The notes under the pieces are model-generated. The model had not been told where the DNA came from. It made no database searches and saw only the letters and a list, made by a program, of their open reading frames with translations. A DNA stretch of 32,000 bases from Pseudodesulfovibrio mercurii (GTDB lineage: Bacteria; Desulfobacterota; Desulfovibrionia; Desulfovibrionales; Desulfovibrionaceae): positions 960,001 through 992,000 of the forward strand of contig NC_016803.1 in assembly GCF_000189295.2 (NCBI RefSeq), read 5' to 3'. Positions 1 to 7,534 of the stretch are shown here, one piece after another. Both the position numbers and the translations under genes were made by a program. How positions within the stretch are numbered: the stretch's first letter is position 1; each line of letters opens with the position of its first letter.

Positions 1-351
1 GGACACGGTCCTGGGCAGGGTGTGCCAGGCGGTCCGGGGCGCGCCCAGGTACTGCCACGGACGGCGCAGCAGCTCCATGGGCTCCAGCTTGAGCTTCATC
101 AGCCGTTCCACCGTGTCCACGGTGTCCCGGAACAGGAAGCGCATGCGTTCGCGGGTGCCGAAGAGGTTCGCGGCCATGGGGAAGCGGCAGCCCCGGACGT
201 TGCTGAAGAGCAGGGCCGGACCCTTGGCCCGGAAGACGCGGCGCTGGATGGCGCCGATCTCCAGGTCCGCGTCCACGCACTTGTCGATGCGGACGAGTTC
301 GCCCCGCGCCTCGAGGGCGTCGAGGCATTCACGCGTGTTCCTGTATCCCAT
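1..351 (-). CDS. ubiD: UbiD-family (prenyl-FMN dependent) decarboxylase, N-terminal 117 aa only; the gene runs off the left edge of the window
   Basis: Absent from the ORF track because it has no stop in the window. Manual reverse translation from ATG (351..349) gives MGYRNTRECLDALEARGELVRIDKCVDADLEIGAIQRRVFRAKGPALLFSNVRGCRFPMAANLFGTRERMRFLF..., a typical UbiD N-terminus. High GC3, and the frame stays open to position 1. Confidence 0.8.
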   Translation of the reverse strand, partial: MGYRNTRECLDALEARGELVRIDKCVDADLEIGAIQRRVFRAKGPALLFSNVRGCRFPMAANLFGTRERMRFLFRDTVDTVERLMKLKLEPMELLRRPWQYLGAPRTAWHTLPRTVS

Positions 352-458
352 TGCGGTTCCCGTTTGTTGACTTGTGGCCCGACAATCTAGACGGAAACGG
401 CGGAAAAGTTAAGCGAAGAATCGATCCGCACGGGAGCCGTGGAGCGGAAATCGCCGGG

Positions 459-737
459 CTATTGCGTGGCCGAGGGCGGTTCCCAGACGCAGTCGTAGCG
501 CATGGGCGACAGCCTGCGATAGGCCGTATTCAATTCCACATCGAGGGGTTTCATCCAGCGCGAGGCGAGATTGCGGCAGGTATTGCAGAACTCCTCGGGG
601 TAGCTGCACACCAGACAATAGGGCTGGTAGTCGTCGCAGCTCAGGGAGTTCCAGGGACGTTGGCGCCCGAGAATGCATCGCTTGTGGAAGAAGACGCATT
701 CCTGGCAGTTGTTTGACATCGTTAACATTTTCTGCAT
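459..737 (-). CDS. Cysteine-rich hypothetical protein (92 aa, 9 Cys, three CxxC pairs)
   Basis: ATG at 737 is preceded by GGAGGA 7 nt upstream. Codon usage looks coding. Cys at positions 11/14, 21, 34, 41/44, 51/54 and 83. I do not recognise the family. Confidence 0.6.
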   Translation of the reverse strand: MQKMLTMSNNCQECVFFHKRCILGRQRPWNSLSCDDYQPYCLVCSYPEEFCNTCRNLASRWMKPLDVELNTAYRRLSPMRYDCVWEPPSATQ

Positions 738-966
738 TGCTCAGTCCTCCGAACCGGGTATGATCTCAGTATGCCCTGTAAGCACGGCGGCCGCATTTTT
801 TGTATTATAATCTGATCCGCCCAGCCTGTTTTTTCCCCGCCGGGCACGGAGCCGGGACCAACCCGCCGGAATGACGCGATTCTTCAACCGCACGCAATCA
901 CGGCCTTGTCATTTGCCCGGTATCTGCTAGATTTCGCGGACCCAATACCGCCTTCGGAGGATATCG

Positions 967-1371
967 ATGCCCCTCATTCAATGGGACGAGACCATGTCCC
1001 TGGACATGGACGAGCTGGACGAACAGCACAGGGAACTGATCGACCTGATCAACGAGGCCTTTGACGCCATCCAGCGCAACGACGAACGATGCATGGCCCC
1101 GCTCATCGACAAGATGCGGGACTACGCCGTGGTCCACTTCGAGGCCGAGGAGGCGATCCTGCGCAGCTGCGGCTACCCCGAAAGCGAGGTCCACGCCGGG
1201 CAGCACCGCGTCTTCGAAGAGAAGGTGGAGGAGTTCCGGCGCAACCTGGCCGCCCAGGCCAACCTCTCCCAGGTCTTCATCTTCCTCAGCCGCTGGCTGA
1301 CCAGCCACATCATGCACGAGGACCGCAAATTCCTCCCCTGGCTCCCGGAGACGGACGACGAGGGGGCATAG
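967..1371 (+). CDS. Bacteriohemerythrin (hemerythrin-like metal-binding domain protein)
   Basis: Starts MPLIQWDETMSLDMDELDEQHRELIDLIN, then ...DYAVVHFEAEE...HAGQH...WLTSHIMHEDRKF. These are the classic hemerythrin H/E/D iron ligands. SD GGAGGA lies upstream. Confidence 0.85.
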   Translation: MPLIQWDETMSLDMDELDEQHRELIDLINEAFDAIQRNDERCMAPLIDKMRDYAVVHFEAEEAILRSCGYPESEVHAGQHRVFEEKVEEFRRNLAAQANLSQVFIFLSRWLTSHIMHEDRKFLPWLPETDDEGA

Positions 1372-1382
1372 CGAACAAAAAG

Positions 1383-1418
1383 AAAAAGCCCCTGCGCGGC
1401 AGGGGCTTTTTCTTTTTT
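1383..1418. terminator. Bidirectional intrinsic terminator shared by the hemerythrin gene (+) and tRNA-Arg (-)
   Basis: 9-bp GC-rich stem AGCCCCTGC (1387..1395) / GCAGGGGCT (1399..1407) with a 3-nt loop. An A-run lies 5' and a long T-run (to 1418) lies 3'. Confidence 0.7.
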
Positions 1419-1420
1419 CA

Positions 1421-1497
1421 TGGTGGGCTATGCAGGATTCGAACCTGCGACCTCTTGCTCCGGAGGCAAGCACTCTATCCAACTGAGCTAATAGCCC
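1421..1497 (-). tRNA. tRNA-Arg (anticodon CCG)
   Basis: The reverse complement GGGCTATTAGCTCAGTTGGATAGAGTGCTTGCCTCCGGAGCAAGAGGTCGCAGGTTCGAATCCTGCATAGCCCACCA folds as a cloverleaf. Acceptor GGGCTAT/ATAGCCC, anticodon stem CTTGC/GCAAG with loop CTCCGGA, T-arm GCAGG-TTCGAAT-CCTGC, encoded CCA. Confidence 0.9.
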
Positions 1498-1509
1498 ACG
1501 GGAAGGAAG

Positions 1510-1538
1510 TAGCTATACTTCGCGTTCTCGTTTGTCAA
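1510..1538 (-). promoter_or_regulatory. Candidate sigma70 promoter for tRNA-Arg
   Basis: The minus strand reads TTGACA (1538..1533), then TATAGC after 15 nt or TAGCTA after 17 nt, just upstream of the tRNA 5' end. The -10 box is ambiguous. Confidence 0.35.
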
Positions 1539-1661
1539 GGCTATACTAAGCGATGTAAAAATGAAACAAGGACCGGGCAGAAACCGCGCCGGGCGGTTTC
1601 GCCTTGCAAAAAAAGATCAAAAAAGTCTATAGGTCTGAAGAATAGGACAAGCGGAAACAGC

Positions 1662-2228
1662 ATGGACAGCAAACGAATCATCCTCGCGGTCAGCGGCGCA
1701 AGCGGCACCCTGTACGCGGCCGCCCTGGCCGACGCCCTGGCCGGACGCGACGACGTGGAACTGCACGTCATCATCTCGGACGCGGCCCGCAAGGTCATGG
1801 ACCTTGAAACCGACCTGGCCCCGGACGCCCTTGAGCGGGGCGCGACCGCGGTCTACGCGCCCGACGACATCGCCGCACTGCCCGCCAGCGGCTCCTGGAA
1901 GCACGACGGCATGATCATCTGCCCCTGCTCCATGGCCACCCTGTCGGCCGTGGCCACGGGCTTCGGCCACACCCTCATCCACCGGGCCGCGGACGTGACC
2001 CTCAAGGAGCGGCGCAAGCTGGTCCTGGTGCCGCGCGAGACCCCGCTGTCCGTCATCCACCTGCAAAACATGCTCACGGCCACCCGGGCCGGGGCTGTCG
2101 TTCTACCGGCGAGTCCGGGCTTCTACCAGCGCCCGGCGACCATTGCGGACCTGACCGGCCAGGTGGCCGGCAAGGTCCTCGACCAACTGGACATCCCCCA
2201 CTCCCTGTTCCGGAGGTGGGGCGATTAG
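1662..2228 (+). CDS. ubiX: Flavin prenyltransferase UbiX
   Basis: Internal ATG of track ORF 1089..2228, whose 5' part crosses the tRNA. MDSKRIILAVSGASGTLYAAALADAL...IICPCSMATLSAVATGFGHTLIHRAADVTLKERRKLVLVPRETPLS is the typical UbiX/Pad1 signature. Confidence 0.9.
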   Translation: MDSKRIILAVSGASGTLYAAALADALAGRDDVELHVIISDAARKVMDLETDLAPDALERGATAVYAPDDIAALPASGSWKHDGMIICPCSMATLSAVATGFGHTLIHRAADVTLKERRKLVLVPRETPLSVIHLQNMLTATRAGAVVLPASPGFYQRPATIADLTGQVAGKVLDQLDIPHSLFRRWGD

Positions 2229-2238
2229 GAGAAACGCC

Positions 2239-2916
2239 ATGGAGATCACCTGGTTCGGCCACGCCAACTTCAGGATCAAGAGCGCCGACGCCACCCTGTT
2301 CATCGACCCGTTTTTCGTGGGCAACCCCAGCGCGCCCGCCTCCTACAAGGATGTGGACGACTGCAACCTCATCCTGGTCACCCACGACCACCACGACCAC
2401 ATCGGTCAGACCTTGGAGATGGCCGTCAAACACGACGCCGAGGTGGTGGCCATGTTCGACGTCATCCAGGCCCTCATCCAGCAGGGACTGCCGGAGCACC
2501 TGGGCGTGGGCATGAACATCGGCGGCACGGTCAGCCGCAGGGGGCTGGACATCCAGATGGTCCAGGCCATCCACTCCTCGACCAACGGCGTGCCCGCGGG
2601 CTTCGTCATCACCGAGCCGAGCGGCCTGTGCGTCTACGACTCGGGCGACACCGGCCTGTTCGGGGACATGGAGTTGATCGGGAAATTCCACGACATCGAC
2701 GTGGCCATCCTGCCTATCGGCGGCCGGTTCACCATGGATGCGCGACAGGCGGCCTACGCCTGCAAGCTGCTCAAGTGCAAGAAGCTCATCCCCCAGCACT
2801 GGGGGACTTGGCCCATCCTGGACCAGAACACCCGGTCCATGGCCGAGCAGCTCGCCCTGGTCGCCCCGGACACCGAGATGCTCGAGCTGGCCGTGGGCCG
2901 GCCCCTGGTCATCTAG
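2239..2916 (+). CDS. UPF0173-type metal-dependent hydrolase (metallo-beta-lactamase fold)
   Basis: MEITWFGHANFRIKS...ILVTHDHHDHIG...LPIGGRFTMD. SD AGGAGA lies upstream. The gene starts 10 nt after ubiX and is probably co-transcribed. Confidence 0.85.
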   Translation: MEITWFGHANFRIKSADATLFIDPFFVGNPSAPASYKDVDDCNLILVTHDHHDHIGQTLEMAVKHDAEVVAMFDVIQALIQQGLPEHLGVGMNIGGTVSRRGLDIQMVQAIHSSTNGVPAGFVITEPSGLCVYDSGDTGLFGDMELIGKFHDIDVAILPIGGRFTMDARQAAYACKLLKCKKLIPQHWGTWPILDQNTRSMAEQLALVAPDTEMLELAVGRPLVI

Positions 2917-2920
2917 GCCG

Positions 2921-3775
2921 CTAGAACTCCTCGTAGACCGCCGGGTCCTGTCCCTTGAGGCGGCCGTCCGGGCGCGTCAGGGCGTCGATGGCCGCCATGT
3001 CCGCGTCGCACAGCTCGAAGTTGAAGACGTTCAGGTTTTCGGCCCGGCGCTCGGGCGAGGCGGACATGGGCAGGGGCACCACCCCGGACTGAATGTGCCA
3101 GCGCAGCACCACCTGGGCCACGGTCTTGCCCGTGTTCGCGGCGATGTCGCGCAGGGTCTCCTCCCCCAGGAGGCCCATGCCCCGGCCCAGCGGCCCCCAC
3201 GCCTGGGTGACGATGTCGTGCCGCCGGTCGAAGGCTCGCTGGGGCTTCTGGGAAAAATACGGGTGCAGCTCCACCTGGTTGACCGCCGGAGGCGTGCCGG
3301 TCTCCCGGACCAGGACATCCAGGTGCTCGGGCAGGAAGTTGCACACGCCCGCCGAACGGATCAGGCCGCGCTCGCGCGCCTCGAGCAGGGCCCGCCACGC
3401 CTCGACATACAGCCCCCTTCCGGGGTTGGGCCAGTGGATCAGATAGAGGTCCCAGTAATCCAGCCCGGCCCGGTACAGGGACTCCTCCACCGTGCGCAAC
3501 GCCTCCTCGCGCCGCTGGTGGCGGCCCGGCAGCTTGGAGACCAGGAACAGCTCCTCGCGGGGCACGTCCGCCCACTGCACGGCCTCGCCCAGGGCGCCCT
3601 CGTTCTCGTAGACGAAGGCCGAGTCCAGGAGCCGGTATCCGGCCCGGATGCCGTCGGCCATGGCCGTCGCGCCGGAGGCGCCGTTGAGCCGGTAGGTGCC
3701 GAGCCCGAGGGCGGGCATGGTCCGGCCGTCGTTCAATTGGATGCGGGGGATGCGGGGGATGCGGATTTCGGGCAT
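2921..3775 (-). CDS. Aldo/keto reductase (2,5-diketo-D-gluconate reductase-like)
   Basis: Start re-set to ATG 3775 (SD GGAG 7 nt upstream). MPEIRIPRIPRIQLNDGRTMPALGLGTY..DSAFVYENE..LVSKLP..IHWP carries the AKR D/Y/K/H catalytic tetrad. Confidence 0.85.
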   Translation of the reverse strand: MPEIRIPRIPRIQLNDGRTMPALGLGTYRLNGASGATAMADGIRAGYRLLDSAFVYENEGALGEAVQWADVPREELFLVSKLPGRHQRREEALRTVEESLYRAGLDYWDLYLIHWPNPGRGLYVEAWRALLEARERGLIRSAGVCNFLPEHLDVLVRETGTPPAVNQVELHPYFSQKPQRAFDRRHDIVTQAWGPLGRGMGLLGEETLRDIAANTGKTVAQVVLRWHIQSGVVPLPMSASPERRAENLNVFNFELCDADMAAIDALTRPDGRLKGQDPAVYEEF

Positions 3776-3861
3776 GGGTCGTCTCCGGTGCGGGGGGAAT
3801 GGGGCGGGGTCGCCGTTTCGGACACCATACGGCATTTCCCGCCGGATTCAACCCCGTGCGA

Positions 3862-5700
3862 TCAGCCCTCGCGCGACGACTTGAGGGACTGGAGGGCGGC
3901 GTGGATCTTCTCCGCCCGCCTGGGACCGATGCCGGACAGCCCGCCGATGGTCCCGGGATCGGCCTCGAGCATGGCCTCCAGGGACTCGAAGCGGTCCCAG
4001 AGGATGCGTGCGGTCCGGGGGCCGATGCCGGGCAGGGAGGTCAGCTCGCTGCTCAGGACCGCCTTCTTGCGCGCCCGGCGCTGCCGGCCCAGGACGAAGC
4101 GGTGGGCCGCGTCGCGGATCTTCTGCAAAAAGAGCAGCTCCGGGCTGCCGGGCTTGAGGGGCATGGGGTTCACGCGGCCCGGCCTGAAGATGACGTCGCC
4201 CAGCTCGCCCGCGCGCCGCGACTCGCCCTTGGCGATGGAGGCCAGCTCCCAGCCGCACTCCTCGGTACACTCGGCCAGCCCCTTCTCCACGGCGGAAATC
4301 TGGCCCCGGCCGCCGTCGATGAGCACCAGATCGGGCCACGGCGGACCGGACTCCATGCGGCGGCGGGCCCACGCGGCCAGGGCCGCGTAGTCGTCGCCCG
4401 CCCCCTCCAGCTCGGGGAAGGCATACAGCCGCGAGGCGTCGGGGTTGCGCCGCCCGTCCTCGAAGACCACCTGTCCCACGCGCATGTCCGTGCCGCCCAG
4501 GTGGGAGGCGTCCACGCACTCGATGCGCACGGGCTCCTCGGGCAGGCGCAGGACCCGCTGCAGCCGGGAGGAGATGGTCTCCGCGGCCTCCACGGCCCGC
4601 GCGGCCACGTTGCGGGCGATGCCGAGCAGCTGTTTTTCCTGGGTGTTCCGGGGGGCGACAATGCGCACGCTCGCGCCGCCGCGCTCGGTCAGGACCTCGG
4701 GCAGCGGGGACTCCTCCAGCTCCATGGGCACGACCACCGTGGACGGGATGAAGCGGCCCGGCCCGTAGAACTGGCCGAGGAAGCTCTCGACGACCTCGGG
4801 ACCCTCGTCCAGGGTCAGGCCGGGCCAGAAGAACTGCTTCTGGTCCAAAAGCCGCCCCTGGCGCACGAAGAGCAGCCCCAGGCCGAGCCCCTGGCCGGTC
4901 TCGGCCAGGCCGATGACGTCGCGGTCGCGGTTGTCGTGGATCACGGCGGCCTGCCCTTCCACGGTCTTCCGCACCGCCCGGATCTGGTCGCGGTACGCGG
5001 CGGCCTGTTCGTAGGCCATGTCCTTCGAGGCGGCCTTCATCTTTCGGGTCAGGTCGTCCACCAGCTCCAGGCTGCGCCCGGACAGGAGCATCTCCACCCG
5101 GTGGACCATCTCGGCGTAGGCCTCGCGGTCCACGTCCTTGACGCACGGGGCCCAGCACTGGCCGATGTCGTGGTACAGGCAGGGGCGCACCCGGTTGCGG
5201 AAGGCGGTGTCCTTGCACTTGCGCAGGGGAAAGACCTTGCCGAGCAGCTTCCAGACCGTGCGCGCGGCCGAGGCCGAGGTGAACGGCCCGAAATAGACCG
5301 AGCCGTCGCGAACCACCTTGCGGGTCATGGACAGGCGCGGGAACTCGGACTGCCGGTCCAGCCGGAAGAGCACGTACTGCTTGTCGTCCTTGAGGACCAC
5401 GTTGTAGCGCGGCCGGTGCTTCTTGATCAGCCCGGACTCCAGCAGCAGGGCCTCCTTCTCCGTGGCCGTGAGCAGGGTGTCGATGTGCCGGATGCGGGCC
5501 ACCAGGGCGCGGGTCTTGGGCGTCAGGGCCTCGGCCTTGCGGAAATAGGAGGCCAGCCTGCGGCGCAGCTTCTTGGCCTTGCCCACGTAGAGGATGCGGC
5601 CGCGCCCATCCTTCATTAAATAGACGCCCGGCGTGTCCGGAAAACGGTCGGCAAAAAATTTGTACTCGGTGTCCATGTCGGTGCGGTATTTTTTCAACAC
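3862..5700 (-). CDS. uvrC: Excinuclease ABC subunit C
   Basis: GIY-YIG N-terminus (PGVYLMKDGRGRILYVGKAKKLRRRLASYF), UVR domain, endonuclease domain and C-terminal (HhH)2. The start is uncertain: GTG 5700 or ATG 5676, neither with a clear SD. Confidence 0.93.
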   Translation of the reverse strand: MLKKYRTDMDTEYKFFADRFPDTPGVYLMKDGRGRILYVGKAKKLRRRLASYFRKAEALTPKTRALVARIRHIDTLLTATEKEALLLESGLIKKHRPRYNVVLKDDKQYVLFRLDRQSEFPRLSMTRKVVRDGSVYFGPFTSASAARTVWKLLGKVFPLRKCKDTAFRNRVRPCLYHDIGQCWAPCVKDVDREAYAEMVHRVEMLLSGRSLELVDDLTRKMKAASKDMAYEQAAAYRDQIRAVRKTVEGQAAVIHDNRDRDVIGLAETGQGLGLGLLFVRQGRLLDQKQFFWPGLTLDEGPEVVESFLGQFYGPGRFIPSTVVVPMELEESPLPEVLTERGGASVRIVAPRNTQEKQLLGIARNVAARAVEAAETISSRLQRVLRLPEEPVRIECVDASHLGGTDMRVGQVVFEDGRRNPDASRLYAFPELEGAGDDYAALAAWARRRMESGPPWPDLVLIDGGRGQISAVEKGLAECTEECGWELASIAKGESRRAGELGDVIFRPGRVNPMPLKPGSPELLFLQKIRDAAHRFVLGRQRRARKKAVLSSELTSLPGIGPRTARILWDRFESLEAMLEADPGTIGGLSGIGPRRAEKIHAALQSLKSSREG

Positions 5701-5957
5701 TTTTTCAGTCGGGAGTGACTATACGGGAAAACGCGGCGCAAATCATCTCCGCCGATATATTCCACAACTAAGCTATTTTGTTTATTTTTATCGTATGACA
5801 CCCCGTGCGTTGGTTCAATTTTTTGGCCGGTAAAAAATTTTTTACCAAACGGCTTTTTTTTGGCTCAAACCCTTGCCAAAGGGTTCGACCTGGGATAAAC
5901 GGAACAACAGTTAAGGCGTTAACTTGGTCTTTAATCGCAAAAAAAGGAAGATCACAA

Positions 5958-7244
5958 ATGAAACGTTTGTCCCTTCTCGCCATCGCCCTGATCATGGTTC
6001 TGGGCATGGCCGCGTCCGCTTCCGCGGCGCCCGAAGTTGCCATCTCCGGCAACGTTCTGATCAACGCCGTTTGGAAGAACAACTGGGATTTCAGCAAAGT
6101 TGCTGATGAAAAGAACATGACCATCTACCAGCGCGCTGACCTGTACTTCACGGTCACCGCCAACGAGAACCTGAAAGGCGTTCTCGGCCTGCGTTCCAAC
6201 AAGGATCAGTGGGGTGGTACCGAAACTCAGCTGGGCAACCCCGGCGGCAACAACGGCTCCAACGCCCTGTACGTCCGTGATGCCTACATCGACTTCAACT
6301 GGCCCGGCACCGACGTCAACGTCAAAGCTGGTATCCAGTACCTGGCCCTGCCCACCGCCATCGGTGGCAGCTCCTGGATTCTCGGTGACCGCGCCGGCGC
6401 CGTCATGGTTTCCGCGCCCGTGACCGACAACGTCTCCGTCCTGGCCGGTTACACCCGCCTGTTCGACACCACCGGTAACTCCAACGTCACCGACGACGGT
6501 CAGGTTGACGCTTGGCTGCTGGCCCTGCCGCTGAACTTCGAAGGCGTCTCCGCCACCCCGTTCTTCCTGTATTCCAACACCGGTGTGAACTCCGTCCTGG
6601 GCGATGCCACCACCTACTGGGCCGGCACCGACTTCACCATGTCCCTGTTCGACCCGTTCGTCATCAAGGCTGACATCAACTACGGCAACAGCGACAACGA
6701 CATCGACACCGCTGACGCTTCCGGTTGGTTGTTCGACCTGGGTGTGGACTACACCGGCTTCGACTTCATGACCGTGTCCGCTTACTTCGTCTACACCACC
6801 GGTGAAGACGACGACGCCGCCAACGGTTCCGAGCGTATGCCCATCCTGGTCAACGACTGGGCTGTCGGCTCCTTCTTCTTCGGTGGTGGCTCCATCACCG
6901 GTGACGATATGGACAGCTCCGAGCTCGGTTTCTGGACCCTGGGCGTGTCTCTGACCGGCATCCAGTCCTTCGCTGAAGGCCTGACCCACGACTTCCACCT
7001 CCTGTACGTCAAGGGTACCAACGACAAGGATTCCGTTGTCGCCGGCACCACTGTCGATGGTCGTTACCTGACCGAAAAGGACTCCCTGTGGGAAGTTGAC
7101 TTCAACACCGCTTACGCCGTGTACGACGAGCTGACCCTGTACGGACAGCTGGGCTACATCAACTCCGACTTTGACAAGGACATCTGGGCCGACGTGGACA
7201 ACGATGCTTGGAAGGTCGCCACTGGTGTTGTTTACAAGTTCTAA
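5958..7244 (+). CDS. Outer-membrane porin (beta-barrel, probably abundant), family not assigned
   Basis: Start re-set to ATG 5958 (SD AAGGAAG). Signal peptide MKRLSLLAIALIMVLGMAASASA. Alternating beta-strand pattern, rich in Gly/Asp/Asn/Thr/Tyr, C-terminal ..VVYKF. Codon usage differs from the neighbours (GGT, CGT, ACC, TTC), as expected for a highly expressed gene. Confidence 0.75.
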   Translation: MKRLSLLAIALIMVLGMAASASAAPEVAISGNVLINAVWKNNWDFSKVADEKNMTIYQRADLYFTVTANENLKGVLGLRSNKDQWGGTETQLGNPGGNNGSNALYVRDAYIDFNWPGTDVNVKAGIQYLALPTAIGGSSWILGDRAGAVMVSAPVTDNVSVLAGYTRLFDTTGNSNVTDDGQVDAWLLALPLNFEGVSATPFFLYSNTGVNSVLGDATTYWAGTDFTMSLFDPFVIKADINYGNSDNDIDTADASGWLFDLGVDYTGFDFMTVSAYFVYTTGEDDDAANGSERMPILVNDWAVGSFFFGGGSITGDDMDSSELGFWTLGVSLTGIQSFAEGLTHDFHLLYVKGTNDKDSVVAGTTVDGRYLTEKDSLWEVDFNTAYAVYDELTLYGQLGYINSDFDKDIWADVDNDAWKVATGVVYKF

Positions 7245-7292
7245 GCTCGCTTAGAACCGTAAGCTGAAAAGCTTATTTGCCAAGTAACGCCC

Positions 7293-7331
7293 AGAGGGCC
7301 GGGGAGTGCAAACCCCGGCCCTCTTCTTTTT
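7293..7331 (+). terminator. Strong intrinsic terminator after the porin gene
   Basis: Perfect 12-bp stem AGAGGGCCGGGG (7293..7304) / CCCCGGCCCTCT (7313..7324) with an 8-nt loop, followed by TCTTTTT. Confidence 0.8.
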
Positions 7332-7460
7332 CCCTTGCGGGCCGGAGGCGCCGGGTGGACACTGTCCGGCGGAGCGCGATGAAGACGCGCCCGGACCGGG
7401 CCGCCCCGCCCGGCCGGAAGGCGCCAAGGCAGCCGTCCCGTTTCGCCGGGACCGCCGCCC

Positions 7461-7489
7461 TCGACTTTTGATCGGCGCTCGGCTATAAA
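7461..7489 (+). promoter_or_regulatory. Candidate sigma70 promoter for hisD
   Basis: TCGACT-N17-TATAAA. The -10 box abuts the ATG at 7490, which argues that the real hisD start is ATG 7535. Confidence 0.4.
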
Positions 7490-7534
7490 ATGTCCCCTTG
7501 GACGAACAACAAGACAACCGCCTTTGAGGTCGAT

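Noticed and set aside
1421-1497. Possible genomic islands or integrated elements at tRNA-Arg and tRNA-Ser
   Set aside because: The window contains no integrase or recombinase, no direct repeat of either tRNA 3' end and no obvious shift in composition. The flanking genes are ordinary chromosomal genes.
1580-1600. The hairpin GAAACCGC-gccgg-GCGGTTTC upstream of ubiX
   Set aside because: No adjacent U-tract follows it on either strand, so it is not a convincing terminator. I recognised no riboswitch-like conserved core.
1089-1661. The 5' extension of the ubiX ORF (track ORF 1089..2228)
   Set aside because: The extension runs across the hemerythrin 3' end, a terminator and the antisense tRNA-Arg gene. 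UbiX homology begins at ATG 1662.
7490-7534. The ATG at 7490 as the hisD start, and GTG 15834 as the patatin start
   Set aside because: ATG 7490 directly abuts a TATAAA -10 box and lacks an SD, while ATG 7535 has GAGG. The 15745..15834 extension uses rare A/T-ending codons and overlaps a promoter-like TTGACT, while GTG 15744 has GGAG upstream.
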